Shown: positions 10,339-23,716, numbered from the stretch's first letter. The stretch: DNA of 64,000 bases from an uncultured Candidatus Rokubacteria bacterium (GCA_963747235.1 CAVVEU010000014.1:96001-160000); one strand, 5' to 3'. The notes: generated from the sequence alone by a model not told the origin. Numbers and translations: made by a program.

Positions 10339-13300
10339 CTATTGCAGCCTGACGAAGGCGGCCACCGACGGGACGCCGTTGGTGTCGACGATGAAGAGCA
10401 TGTAGTCGCCGGGCGGGGCCATGTTGGCGTTGGCCGGGGCCTGGACATCGAGCGCGCCCGTCGTCGGGTTGAACGTCAGGCTCAGATAGCGCTGGCTGGT
10501 GTCGAAACCGTGAGTCACGGAGCCGAGCCGCAGGAGCGAGACGGTCGCGATCTCCGACCCGTTCGGCGTCGTCACCGGGAACGTGGCGCCATAGGCCACC
10601 TGGGCGGGCGCGGCGGTGATCACCGGCCGCGCTCCCTTGAAGAGATAGGGCGGTGAGTAGAACTCCGCGGTCAGCTGATCCTCCGTCGCGCCACCTCCGA
10701 AGCGGCCGCCGCCCGCCAGCAGGACCCGCCCGTCGGGAAGGAGGAGGGCCGTCGAGTGATAGAGACGTGGGACCTGGTTCGCGGCCATCGTCGTCCACGT
10801 CTCGCTCTCGGGAGACCAGAGCTCGGCCGGGAACACCGCCTGGCTCGAAGCGTACGGGTCGGTGTTCCGGCCGCCGCCGGTCGCCAGCACGTTCCCGTCG
10901 GGCAGCAGCGTGAGGTTGTGATAGGCGCGGCCAAACGCCATCGGCGCCGTCTGCCGCCAGGCGGGCGACGGCAGATTCATGTCGAGCACGTAGGTGTTGG
11001 GGCTGGACGAGAAGTAGGGCGGGTCGGAGTTCGCCGACGTTCCGGACTTCACGATCCGACCCAGGCGATACATGGCCGCGCTGTGCGCGTCCCGCGCCAC
11101 TGGGTCCACGACCGTCCACGTCTGCGTGCCGACGTTGAGGGTCCGGGTGACGGTCGGATCGTCGAACGCGCTCGTGAGGAGGACGCGCCCATCCGGTAGC
11201 ACGAACAGATGGGGATACTCGGGCAAGGCCAGCGCGGCCGCGTTCAGTGCGGTCCACTGGTTCGTCGCCGGGTTGTAGATCTCGGGAATCTCGGCGCTGC
11301 ACCGGTAGCAGTCCACTTCTCCGGAGACGACCAGCGCGCGCCCGTCGGGCAGCGTGATCACGGTCGGGTACCAGCGGCCTTGCGTCATGGACGGAAGCGC
11401 GGACCAGGTGCCGGTCGTCGGCGAGAACACGTTCGCGTCGCGAATCCCTTCGAAGTTGGCGAAGTGGCCTCCCGCGACGAACACCCGACCGTCCGCGAGC
11501 AGGGTCTGGCCCGCGCAGAAGATATTGTCGGGCTGCGAGGCCAGGGTGAACACGTTGGTGCTCGGGTTCCAGACGTACGCCCGGCCGTTCTGGTCGGCGC
11601 CGTCCCAGACGAGGAGCCGCCCATTCGGCAGGAGGGTCGCGTGCACCGCGACCAGCGGCCACGAAGAGACCCCCGACCACTGCCCGATCGCGGATGCGGT
11701 CGTGCTCGTGACGGTCACCGGGACCGGGCTGGAGGTCGTCATGTTCCCCGCGGCATCTCGGGCCCGCGCCGTCACCACGTGCGGGCCGGGCACGACCGTG
11801 GTGGTGTTCCACTGCCGCGAGTACGGCGGCGCGGTGACCTCGGCGCCCAGCGCGACGCCGTCGATGAAGAACTGCACCCCGGCCACGCCGGTGTCGTCGG
11901 AGGCAGTGGCTGTCACCGTGATCGTGCTCGCCACGGTGGCGTTCGCCGCCGGCGCGATGATCGCGACGGTGGGCGGAGTGGTGTCGCCACTGGACGCGTA
12001 GGTGAGGGACACGGTCCGGCTCCCGGTATTTCCGGCTGCGTCGCGCGCCGTCACCGTCAGCACGTTGACCCCGGCCTGCAGGACGATGCCCGCGGCCGAC
12101 CATGTCGTCATCCCGGTCGCCGACCCGCTCCCGCCCCGGTCGTTACTCCACGTCACCTGCGTCACCCCGACGTTGTCCGCCGCGGTGCCGGTGAGGGTGA
12201 GCGGACTGACGATGGCGGCCGGCGTCGTGATCACCACCGTCGGCGGGGTGGTATCACCCCCCGACGGGGTGTAGGTCACGGTGAGGACGTCGGTCGCCGT
12301 GTTGCCCGCCGCGTCCCGCGCCGTCACCGTCAGCACGTTCGCCCCCGCCTGCAGCGCGATCCCGCTCGCCGTCCACGCCGTCGTCCCCGCCGCCGTCCCG
12401 CTCCCCCCCCGGTCATTGCTCCACGTCACCTGCGTCACCCCGACGTTGTCCGCCGCCGTCCCCGTCAGCGTCAGCGGACTCGCCGGCGCCGTGTACGTCG
12501 TCTCCGTCGTCGGCGTCGTGATCACCACCGTCGGCGCCGTCGTGTCCGGTGTCGGCGGCGTCCCCACCGGTGTCGCCCCGTCCGCCTGGACCTCCGCCTG
12601 GCTCAACGCCCGGTTGTAGATCCGGATCTCGTCCAGCCGCCCCAGGAAGAACTCCCCGTAGGGCACGTTCCCCCCGATCTGCAGCGTCGTCGTCACGCTC
12701 TCCAGCACCCCGCCCCGCGCCGCCGTCGCCACCTGCGCCCCGTTCGCGTACACCCGCAGCTGCGCCCCGTCCCACGTCAGCGCCACGTGCGTCCACACGT
12801 TCAGCGGCACCGCCGTCGGCCCGCTGATGTAGTTCATGGTCCCGTTGAACGTCCCGCCCCCCGTCGGCCGCCGGTTCCCCGACGACGTGCCGGCAGTCAG
12901 GAAGTACACGTCCTGTTCCCGGAACAGGATCGTCCGCCACCCCGTCTGATTCGCCGTCGGCATCACCCACGCCGACAGCGTCATCGCGGTCGTCAGGTTC
13001 AGCGACGCGGAATTCGCCACCACCACCATGTTGCTCGTCCCGTTAAAACTCAGCGCGCTCCCATACCGCCCCTGCGTCGTCCACGTCGCCCCCGAGATCA
13101 CCCCCGTGTTGTTGTTCCCCGACGCGTCCGCCGTCGTCGTCCCCGCCCCTTCGTTGAACCCCCACGCCGCCACCAGCCCGGGGATCGTGGACGGGGAGTA
13201 GGTGACGGTGAGCAGATCGGTGGCCGTGTTGCCCGCCGCGTCCCGCGCCGTCACCGTCAGCACGTTGGCTCCGGCCTGCAGGACGATGCCGGCCGCGGAC

Positions 13301-15073
13301 CACGTCGTGGTTCCCGTCGCCGTGCCACTCCCACCTCGATCGTTGCTCCACGTCACCTGCGTCACTCCGACGTTGTCCGCGGCGGTGCCCCCCATCGTCA
13401 GCGGACTCGCCGGCGCGGTGTACGTCGTCTCGGTGGTCGGTGTGGTGATCACCACCGTCGGCCCGGTGGTGTCCGGCGCGTACGTCACGGTGAGGACATC
13501 GCTGCCGGTGTTGCCGGCCGCATCCCGGGCCGTGATCGTCAGCACGTTGGCGCCGGGCTGGAGCGCGATGCCCGCGGCCGACCACGTGGCGGTGCCCGCC
13601 GCCACCCCACTCGCCGCCCCGGTCATTGGTCCACGAGACCTGCGTCACGCCGACCGCGTCGGCCGCCGTCCCGCCCACGGTCAGCGGGCTCGCGGGCGCG
13701 GTGTAGGTCGTCCCGCTCGTCGGCGTCGTGATCACCACCGTCGGCGCCGTCGTGTCCACCGGGGTGTAGGTCACGGTGAGGACGTCGGTCGCCGTGTTGC
13801 CCGCCGCGTCCCGCGCCGTCACCGTCAGCACGTTCGCCCCCGCCTGCAGCGCGATCCCGCTCGCCGTCCACGCCGTCGTCCCCGCCGCCGTCCCGCTGCC
13901 GCCCCGGTCATTGCTCCACGAGACCTGCGTCACGCCGACCGCGTCGGCCGCCGTCCCGCCCACGGTCAGCGGGCTCGCGGGCGCGGTGTAGGTCGTCCCG
14001 CTCGTCGGCGTCGTGATCACCACCGTCGGCGGGGTGGTATCACCCCCCGACGGGGTGTAGGTCACGGTGAGGACGTCGGTCGCCGTGTTGCCCGCCGCGT
14101 CCCGCGCCGTCACCGTCAGCACGTTCGCCCCCGCCTGCAGCGCGATCCCGCTCGCCGTCCACGCCGTCGTCCCCGTCGCCGTCCCGCTCCCCCCCCGGTC
14201 ATTGCTCCACGTCACCTGCGTCACCCCGACGTTGTCCGCCGCCGTCCCCGTCAGCGTCAGCGGACTCGCCGGCGCCGTGTACGTCGTCTCCGTCGTCGGC
14301 GTCGTGATCACCACCGTCGGCGCCGTCGTGTCCGGTGTCGGCGGCGTCCCCACCGGTGTCGCCCCGTCCGCCTGGACCTCCGCCTGGCTCAGCGCCCGGT
14401 TGTAGATCCGGATCTCGTCCAGCCGCCCCAGGAAGAACTCCCCGTAGGGCACGTTCCCCCCGATCTGCAGCGTCGTCGTCACGCTCTCCAGCACCCCGCC
14501 CCGCGCCGCCGTCGCCACCTGCGCCCCGTTCGCGTACACCCGCAGCTGCGCCCCGTCCCACGTCAGCGCCACGTGCGTCCACACGTTCAGCGGCACCGCC
14601 GTCGGCCCGCTGATGTAGTTCATGGTCCCGTTGAACGTCCCGCCCCCCGTCGGCCGCCGGTTCCCCGACGACGTGCCGGCAGTCAGGAAGTACACGTCCT
14701 GTTCCCGGAACAGGATCGTCCGCCACCCCGTCTGATTCGCCGTCGGCATCACCCACGCCGACAGCGTCATCGCGGTCGTCAGGTTCAGCGACGCGGAATT
14801 CGCCACCACCACCATGTTGCTCGTCCCGTTAAAACTCAGCGCGCTCCCATACCGCCCCTGCGTCGTCCACGTCGCCCCCGAGATCACCCCCGTGTTGTTG
14901 TTCCCCGACGCGTCCGCCGTCGTCGTCCCCGCCCCTTCGTTGAACCCCCACGCCGCCACCAGCCCGGGGATCGACTGGGCGATCGCGCGTGCCGGCATCA
15001 TCACCGCGAGTACCATCGCCAGGAAGACGAGGAACAGCACCGTGCGGTGGCTCCGTGTCGCCGTACACGGCAT
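10339..15073 (-). CDS. Giant secreted protein (~1570 aa): two LamG-like domains, multiple Ig-like repeats, C-terminal galactose/glyoxal oxidase-like kelch and DUF1929 domains (frameshift near 13612)
   Basis: Signal peptide ...ARAIA/QS; LamG WTHVALTWDG and GRLDEIRIYNRALS; DTTxPTVVITTP...TVTARDAAGN repeats; FCAG, EYP, RLYHS and VTHG copper-radical-oxidase motifs. Confidence 0.85.
12220..14973. repeat. Near-identical ~965 bp internal duplication (about 12220-13187 and 14006-14973) of a LamG+Ig module
   Basis: Offset 1786 bp; only a couple of substitutions visible by eye. Confidence 0.9.
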
Positions 15074-15422
15074 CGCGTCCCCTCGCGCGGCATACCGCGC
15101 CGGTCTTGCGAGTGCCCTGCGAGCTGTCGTCAAACGTGAACGTCGAGTGGCGGGCAGCGAGCGGAGATGCGACCGGCGAAAGCGAGTAGCGGGCAGGAGC
15201 GTGCTCGATAGCATCGTGCGACCTCGAGAATCGGGCAGGCACCGCAACAAGGTTGGCTAGATATGGAGCCGCGGGTGATCTTTGTCAAGAGTGCACGGCG
15301 GAATTCCTGTCGAGCCGCGGAATTTCTTTCCCCGGTGGGTATGCAGATCTTTCTCGGTGGGTAGTGCGCTTCCGTATTCGAGTGCCGGTGGTACTATCGG
15401 ACCCCTTTTTCGGGCGGCCTGC

Positions 15423-15833
15423 TCAGCGCTCGACCGGGTAGCCGCGCCCCTGCCACGCCTCGAACCCATTCTCGAGGACCAGGAGGTTACGGTACCCGTT
15501 GCTGCGGAGCAGCTCGTAGAGCGGGGTCACGTCGTCGATGGGACAGGCGCAGTAGAGCACGACGATGATCCCCGGGGGAAGCTCGACGAAGCGATGCTCG
15601 ATCTCGTCCAGGGGGATGGAGCGAGCGCCGGGCAGCCGGCCGGCCCGGTAGGCGTCCGCGGGACGGAGGTCGACCGGGAGCACCGGAGCCCGGCCGCTCT
15701 CGATGAGATTTCGGAGGGCGTCCGCGGTGATCGTCACGACCGACCGGGACGTCGGATGGCCGGACCACGCCAGAGCGGTCGGCCCGATCAGGGCCCAGGA
15801 GGCCAGCGCGAGCAGTCGGCGTCGCGTGTGCAC
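15423..15833 (-). CDS. Rhodanese-like domain protein with RR-containing signal peptide
   Basis: VDLRPADAYRAGRLPGARSIP, VVLYCACP, LENGFEAW; N-terminus TRRRLLALAS. Confidence 0.8.
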   Translation of the reverse strand: MHTRRRLLALASWALIGPTALAWSGHPTSRSVVTITADALRNLIESGRAPVLPVDLRPADAYRAGRLPGARSIPLDEIEHRFVELPPGIIVVLYCACPIDDVTPLYELLRSNGYRNLLVLENGFEAWQGRGYPVER

Positions 15834-15838
15834 CGGGA

Positions 15839-16732
15839 TCAGCGGCCGAGGCGCAGGATGCGTCCCACCCGCGACTGGCGCAGGCGCGGATCGAGCGCGT
15901 CGCGGATCCCCTCTCCCACGAGGTTGTAGGAGAGCACCGTGACGAGGATGGCGAGGCCCGGGTAGAGCGTCATCCACCACGCGATCTCGATGTAGTCACG
16001 CCCGTCGTTGAGGATGTTGCCCCACGTGGCGTAGGGCGGCTGGACGCCCAGCCCCAGGAACGACAGGCCGGCCTCGGTGAGGATCGCGGCGGGGATGCCG
16101 AGGGTCATGGCGACCAGGATGGGCGCGATGGCGTTCGGCAGGATGTGGCGGAAGATGATGCGCATCGCTCCCGCCCCCACCGACTCCGACCAGATCACGA
16201 ACTCGCGCTCCCGCAGGGTCAGGAACTCCGCGCGCACGAGCCGGGCCACGCCCATCCAGCCGGTGAGGCCGATCACGGTCATGATCGTCCAGATCGACGG
16301 TTTGAGGAACGCGAGCACGGCGAGCAGCAGGAAGAAGCGCGGGAAGACCAGCATCAGGTCCACCAGGCGCATCACGATGTTGTCCACCATGCCGCCGTGG
16401 TAGCCGGCGGCCGCGCCGAGCAGCACCCCGATGAGGGCCGCGATGCCCACCGAGACGAAGCCCACCGCGAGCGAGATCCGCGAGCCGTAGAGCACGCGCG
16501 AGAGCACGTCGCGGCCGAGGGGATCGGTGCCGAGCCAGTGGCTGCTCGACGGCGAGGTCAGGATCTTCTTGGTGTCGGGCCGGTTGGGGTCCCACGGGGC
16601 GAGCACCGGGGCCAGCACCGCGAGGGTCACCAGCACCAGCACCACCGCGCCGCCACACACCGCGAGCTGGTTGCGGGAGAACGTGCGCCAGAACTGGCGC
16701 ATCTCTCCGCGCGAGCGACTCGTGGGCGCCAC
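15839..16732 (-). CDS. Peptide/nickel ABC transporter permease (OppC/DppC-like)
   Basis: HWLGTDPLGRDVLSRVLYGSRISL, HILPN. Confidence 0.93.
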   Translation of the reverse strand: MAPTSRSRGEMRQFWRTFSRNQLAVCGGAVVLVLVTLAVLAPVLAPWDPNRPDTKKILTSPSSSHWLGTDPLGRDVLSRVLYGSRISLAVGFVSVGIAALIGVLLGAAAGYHGGMVDNIVMRLVDLMLVFPRFFLLLAVLAFLKPSIWTIMTVIGLTGWMGVARLVRAEFLTLREREFVIWSESVGAGAMRIIFRHILPNAIAPILVAMTLGIPAAILTEAGLSFLGLGVQPPYATWGNILNDGRDYIEIAWWMTLYPGLAILVTVLSYNLVGEGIRDALDPRLRQSRVGRILRLGR

Positions 16733-16733
16733 G

Positions 16734-17726
16734 TCAGCGGCTCCGCCGCCGCCCGCCGAAGCGGATGCGCGGGTCCACGAGGCCGTAGGTGATGTCGGCG
16801 ACGAGGTTCGCCACCAGGGTCAGCGTCGCCACGATCACGAGGTTCCCCATCACCACCGGGTAGTCGCGGGAGAAGACCGATTGCACCATGAGCTGGCCCA
16901 TCCCCGGGATGGCGAAGATGGACTCGATGATCACGCTGCCGCCGATGAGCCCGGGCAGGGCCAGGGCCAGGATGGTGACCACCGGCAGCAGCGCGTTCCG
17001 CAGGGCGTGCTTGCTGATCACCACCCGCTCCGACAGCCCCTTGGCCCGCGCGGTCTGCACGTAGTCCTGGCGCACCACCTCGAGCATGCTCTGCCGCATG
17101 TAGCGCGAGAAGCCGGCGAGCCCGCCGAAGGTGGCCACCACGATGGGCAGGACCAGGTGCGAGAAGAAGTCCCACTGCTGCTGCCAGAAGGACAGGTATT
17201 CCCAGTTCAGCGAGCGCAGGCCCGAGATGGGCAGCCAGCCGAGCTGCACCCCGAAGAGGATCATCAGGAGGAGGGCCAGCCAGAAGTCCGGGGTCGCGAA
17301 GCCCACGAACACGAAGATCGTGGTGATCTTGTCGTAGAGCGAATACTGCCGGGTGGCCGAGAGCACCCCGATGGGGACCGCGAGCCCCACGATGATCGCC
17401 ATCTCGATCAGGTTCAGGAACAGCGTGACCGGCAGGCGCTCGCCGATCTTGGTGAGAACCGGGCGGCCGTCGGGCAGGAAGGAGCGGCCGAAGTCGAGGC
17501 GGACCGCGCGCTTGAGCCACTGCCAGTACTGCACGTGGATGGGCTGGTCCAGCCCGAACTCCTTGATGAGCCGCTCCTTGACCTCGACCGAGGCGTTCGG
17601 GTCCTCCGGGGTCAGGAAGTCCAGCGGGCCGCCGGGCGCCAGGCTGATGACCACGTAGGAGACGAAGGTGATGCCGAGCAGCAGCGGGATCGCGAGGAGG
17701 AGCCGGCGGAGGGCGAAGAGCGCCAT
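16734..17726 (-). CDS. Peptide/nickel ABC transporter permease (OppB/DppB-like)
   Basis: DFGRSF, TARAKGLSE, HALRNALLP, RDYP. Confidence 0.94.
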   Translation of the reverse strand: MALFALRRLLLAIPLLLGITFVSYVVISLAPGGPLDFLTPEDPNASVEVKERLIKEFGLDQPIHVQYWQWLKRAVRLDFGRSFLPDGRPVLTKIGERLPVTLFLNLIEMAIIVGLAVPIGVLSATRQYSLYDKITTIFVFVGFATPDFWLALLLMILFGVQLGWLPISGLRSLNWEYLSFWQQQWDFFSHLVLPIVVATFGGLAGFSRYMRQSMLEVVRQDYVQTARAKGLSERVVISKHALRNALLPVVTILALALPGLIGGSVIIESIFAIPGMGQLMVQSVFSRDYPVVMGNLVIVATLTLVANLVADITYGLVDPRIRFGGRRRSR

Positions 17727-19391
17727 CTAGCCGGACGTATAGCGCTGTTGTTGCTTCGGGACGAACCACTCCGTGAAGTTGTGGAGGATGCCCGACGGGG
17801 CCGGGCTCACGCCGCGGATCCGCGCGGCGACCACCGGCAGCGCGTCCGCGGTGTAGAGGAAGATCATCGGCAGGTCCTCGGCGAGGATCTGCTGGATCCG
17901 GTGATAGGACTGCACGCGCTCCGCCTGGACGCAGGAGGAGCGCCCGAGCTCCAGGAGCCGGTCCACTTCCGGGTTGGCGTACCCGGTCCGGTTCATCTGG
18001 TCCGGGCCCCGCTGCGAGGAGTGCCACACCACGTACTGATCCGGGTCGGTGCCGCTGCCCAGGCCCAGCACCACCACCTCGAAGCGCCGCGGCTTCACGA
18101 ACTCCTTGATGAAGGCGGCCCATTCGATGAGCTGGATGTCCACCTGGATGCCGATCTCCTTGAGGCGCTGCTGGATGAGCTCGGCGATCTTCTTCCGCTC
18201 GTCGTTGCCCTGGTTGGTCCGGATCGTGAGGGTGAACGGCTTGCCGTCCCGGTCCTCGATGAGCCCGTCCCCGTCGCGGTCCTTCCAGCCCGCCTCCGCC
18301 AGCAGGGCCTTGGCCTTCTCCGGGTCGAACGGGAATCGCTTCACGTCGTCGGTGTAGGCCCAGGTGCCGGGACGGATGGGGCCGGTCGCCTCTCGGGCCA
18401 GGCCCAGCCGTACGCCGTCGATGAGCTCCTGCTTGTTGATCGCGTGGGCGAACGCCTGGCGAACCCGCAAGTCCGCGAACCGCGGATCCTTGAGGTTGAA
18501 GCCCACGAAGGTGTAGCCGCTCCCCGGATAGCGGAACTTGTGGTACGCCTTCCGGAACGCGGGGTACTCGGTCTGCCGCGCGTACTGGATGCCGGTGAGG
18601 CTGCTCGCGTAGTCGACGCCCTGGGCCTTCAGCTCGAGAAAGATGGTGGCCTGGCTCGGAATGACGCGGTAGACGATGCGGCTCAGGTACGGCCGGCCCT
18701 CGAAGTAGTCCGGGTTGGCGACCAGCACCACCTTCTCGCCCGCCTTCCACTCCTGGAACCGGTAGGGGCCGGTGCCGACCGGATGGCTGTTCTGGGGCGA
18801 CTCGCGCAGCGTGCCCGCCTCCGCGAACGACTGCAGGACGTGCTTGGGCAGCATGTAGGTGTTCCACGTCTCCAGCGCCCGCGCGTACGGCTTGTCGTAG
18901 GTCACCCGCACCGTGTAGGGATCGGGGGCCTGCACGTCCTTCACGAGCATGAAGCCTTCCTTGAAGGGCGCCGGGGTCTTCGGATTGATCATGGTCTGGT
19001 AGGTGAAGAGCACGTCGTCGGCCGTGAACGGCCGGCCGTCGTGCCACTTCACGTCCCGTCGCAGCTTGAAGGTCAGCTCGAGACAGTCGCGGCTGTAGGT
19101 CCACGATTCCGCCATCGACGGGACCATCTTGAGGTCCCGGTCGAGCTTGACCAGCCCGTCGTAGATCATCCCGCCGACCTCGTGCGAGGACTGGTCGGAG
19201 GTGAGGCTCGGGATCAGGCCGCCGATGTCGCCGATCGACGCCTGGATGAACGTGTCGCCGTAGGCGGGGGCGCTACCCATGACCGGCACGTCCTCGGATC
19301 GGCTCTCGATCGGCCCATTGCAGGCCGCCACGAGCAGACCGCCGGCGGCCCAGGCCAGCAGGGAGCGACCGGGCGCCCGATGTCTCGGCAT
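17727..19391 (-). CDS. Peptide ABC transporter substrate-binding lipoprotein (family 5)
   Basis: Lipobox LVAAC, KWHDGRPFTADDV, GTGPYRF. Confidence 0.92.
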   Translation of the reverse strand: MPRHRAPGRSLLAWAAGGLLVAACNGPIESRSEDVPVMGSAPAYGDTFIQASIGDIGGLIPSLTSDQSSHEVGGMIYDGLVKLDRDLKMVPSMAESWTYSRDCLELTFKLRRDVKWHDGRPFTADDVLFTYQTMINPKTPAPFKEGFMLVKDVQAPDPYTVRVTYDKPYARALETWNTYMLPKHVLQSFAEAGTLRESPQNSHPVGTGPYRFQEWKAGEKVVLVANPDYFEGRPYLSRIVYRVIPSQATIFLELKAQGVDYASSLTGIQYARQTEYPAFRKAYHKFRYPGSGYTFVGFNLKDPRFADLRVRQAFAHAINKQELIDGVRLGLAREATGPIRPGTWAYTDDVKRFPFDPEKAKALLAEAGWKDRDGDGLIEDRDGKPFTLTIRTNQGNDERKKIAELIQQRLKEIGIQVDIQLIEWAAFIKEFVKPRRFEVVVLGLGSGTDPDQYVVWHSSQRGPDQMNRTGYANPEVDRLLELGRSSCVQAERVQSYHRIQQILAEDLPMIFLYTADALPVVAARIRGVSPAPSGILHNFTEWFVPKQQQRYTSG

Positions 19392-19402
19392 TGGGCCGGC
19401 GG

Positions 19403-19732
19403 CTACTTCTGCGGAGCGGGCGAAGGCGTCGGGACGGCCGCGGGAGCGCCGGGCGTGGTCGCGGGCGCCGCGGGCCCCGACGCGGGCATGATGGAGACCG
19501 CCCGGCGATGCGACATGATCGAGAGCCCGAACGAGGTGATCATGAAGACGGCCGCGACCACCGCGGTGGCCTTGCCCAGCACGGTGGGCGTGCCCATCGA
19601 GCCGAACACCGCCTGGCTGCCGCTGCCGCCGAAGGCGGAGCCGATGTCGGCGCCCTTGCCGGCCTGGAGCAGCACGAGCCCGACGATCACCAGGCTCACG
19701 ATGATGTGGATGGTGACGACGAGAATGAACAT
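19403..19732 (-). CDS. secG: Preprotein translocase subunit SecG
   Basis: LVLLQAGKGADIGSAFGGSGSQAVFGS; follows tpiA. Confidence 0.93.
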   Translation of the reverse strand: MFILVVTIHIIVSLVIVGLVLLQAGKGADIGSAFGGSGSQAVFGSMGTPTVLGKATAVVAAVFMITSFGLSIMSHRRAVSIMPASGPAAPATTPGAPAAVPTPSPAPQK

Positions 19733-19740
19733 GGTCAGGC

Positions 19741-20520
19741 CTACTCCTTCGAAGCGCCGCTGCGGGCGGCCGACTTCTTGGCGATGGTGATGAATCCGGG
19801 CCCCTGCAGGCTGGCGCCGCCCACGAGGACGCCGTCGATGTCCGGCTGCTCGGTGAGGGCCTGGGCATTGTCGGGCTTGACGCTGCCGCCGTAGAGGATG
19901 CGCATCGACTGCGCGAGCTCCTTGGACGCGACCTCGGAGACGAGCCCGCGAAGGTAGCCGTGCACCTCGGCGGCTTGGCCCGGCGTGGCGTTGACCCCGG
20001 TGCCGATGGCCCAGACCGGCTCGTAGGCGAGCACGCAGCGCGCGAGATCCTCGGGCGAGAGCCCGGCGCAGCCGGCGCGGAGCTGGCCCTCCACCACCGT
20101 GAAGGTGAGCCCCTGGCGCCGCTCGGCTTCCGTCTCGCCGACGCAGAGCACCGGGCGCATGCCGTGACGCAGGACCGCGCCCACCTTGCGGTTGATCTCC
20201 TCGTCGGTCTCCCGGAAGACGTGGCGCCGCTCGGAATGCCCGATCAGGACCCAGCGACAACCCAGCTCCGCGAGCATCGCGGGCGAGATCTCGCCGGTGA
20301 AGGCGCCCTGCTCCTCCCAGTGGCAGTTCTGGGCCCCGAGCGCCACCGCGGCGCCCTTGAGCACCTCGGCCACCGCGGGCAGCGCGGTGAAGGGCGGGCA
20401 CACCACCACCTCCACGCCGCGGGGCCGCTTGAGCCCGTCGCGGATGGTCTGGGCGAGCTCGCGCGCGACGGCCTGCGTGCCGTGCATCTTCCAGTTGCCG
20501 ACCACGAGCGGGGTGCGCAT
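19741..20520 (-). CDS. tpiA: Triosephosphate isomerase
   Basis: GNWKM, GHSERR, AYEPVWAIGTG, YGGSV. Confidence 0.97.
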   Translation of the reverse strand: MRTPLVVGNWKMHGTQAVARELAQTIRDGLKRPRGVEVVVCPPFTALPAVAEVLKGAAVALGAQNCHWEEQGAFTGEISPAMLAELGCRWVLIGHSERRHVFRETDEEINRKVGAVLRHGMRPVLCVGETEAERRQGLTFTVVEGQLRAGCAGLSPEDLARCVLAYEPVWAIGTGVNATPGQAAEVHGYLRGLVSEVASKELAQSMRILYGGSVKPDNAQALTEQPDIDGVLVGGASLQGPGFITIAKKSAARSGASKE

Positions 20521-21707
20521 CAGGACGCCTCGTCGAGCGCGGCCACGCCCGGGAGCACGCGGCCCTCGAGGAACTCGAGGAACGCGCCGCCCGCGGTGGA
20601 GACGTAGCCGATCCGGTCCATGACGCCCGCCTGCTGCACCGCCGCGATCGTGTCGCCCCCGCCGATCACCGAGAACGCACCGGAGTTCGCGACCGCGCGC
20701 CCCACCCCGAGGGTGCCCGCCGCGAACGGCTCCTTCTCGAAGACGCCCATGGGGCCGTTCCAGATGATGGTCCGGGCGCCCTTCAGCGCGGTGGCGAACT
20801 GGGTGACCGTGGCGGGGCCGATGTCGAGGCCCATGAGGTCGTCCGGGATCTCGCGGATGGCGACGGTGCGGAGCCCGCTCACCGCGTCCACCCCCGCCGC
20901 GGCCACCACGTCGACCGGCAGCCGGAGCGGAACGCCGCGAGTGCGCGCCCGCTCCAGGATGGCGCGCGCGGCGTCCAGGCGGTCGGGCTCGAGCAGCGAG
21001 CGCCCGACGCCGTGGCCCATCGCCTTGAGGAAGGTGAACGCCATGCCGCCGCCGATCGCGAGGCCGTCCACGCGGTCGAGCAGGTGCTCGACCAGGCCCA
21101 GCTTGTCGGACACCTTGGCCCCGCCGAGCAGGGCCCAGAGCGGACGCTCGGGCCGCTCGAAGATGCGCTCGAGCGCGGCCAGCTCGCGCGCCATGAGCAA
21201 CCCCGCGGCCGCCGGCTTGAGATGGCGGGCGATGCCCTCGGTGGAGGCGTGGGCGCGATGGGCCGCCGCGAAGGCGTCGTTGACGTAGACGTCCGCCAGG
21301 CCGGCGAGCGACCGCGCGAAGGCATCGTCGTTGGCTTCCTCCTCCGCGTGAAAGCGCAGGTTCTCGAGGAGCACCACCTCACCCGGCCGGAGGGCGCGCA
21401 CGCGCTCCTCCACCTCCGGCCCCACGCAGTCCGGGAGCAGGGGCACCGGGAGGCCCAGCAGCGCTTCGATTCGCTCGGCCACCGGGCGCAGCGAGTACTT
21501 CGGATCGGGCTTGCCCTTGGGGCGCCCGAGATGGGAGGCGAGGATCAGCGCGGCGCCGCCCTTGAGGCAGCAGTCGATGGTCGGCCGCACCGCGGTGATC
21601 CGCGTGTCGTCGGTCACCCGCGCGCCCTCCAGGGGCACGTTGAAATCGGCCCGCAGGAAGACGCGCTTCCCGGACAGATCGAGCTGATCGACGACGAGCT
21701 TCGCCAC
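20520..21707 (-). CDS. pgk: Phosphoglycerate kinase
   Basis: RADFNVP, SHLGRPKG, LLENLRF, WNGPMGVFE. Confidence 0.97.
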   Translation of the reverse strand: MAKLVVDQLDLSGKRVFLRADFNVPLEGARVTDDTRITAVRPTIDCCLKGGAALILASHLGRPKGKPDPKYSLRPVAERIEALLGLPVPLLPDCVGPEVEERVRALRPGEVVLLENLRFHAEEEANDDAFARSLAGLADVYVNDAFAAAHRAHASTEGIARHLKPAAAGLLMARELAALERIFERPERPLWALLGGAKVSDKLGLVEHLLDRVDGLAIGGGMAFTFLKAMGHGVGRSLLEPDRLDAARAILERARTRGVPLRLPVDVVAAAGVDAVSGLRTVAIREIPDDLMGLDIGPATVTQFATALKGARTIIWNGPMGVFEKEPFAAGTLGVGRAVANSGAFSVIGGGDTIAAVQQAGVMDRIGYVSTAGGAFLEFLEGRVLPGVAALDEAS

Positions 21708-21735
21708 GGATGGGGCGGCGCGGCAGCGGGCCCGG

Positions 21736-23694
<1,959 letters not shown>

Positions 23695-23716
<22 letters not shown>

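Noticed and set aside
15284-15296. 13-bp GTCAAGAGTGCAC shared with 63622-63634 upstream of rpsF
   Set aside because: It overlaps a TTGAC -35-like box and there are only two instances, too weak to call a regulatory site.
16527-19790. Long plus-strand ORFs (e.g. 1087 aa here, 33719-36031, 23533-25572)
   Set aside because: Antisense shadows of real high-GC genes, with no recognisable motifs.
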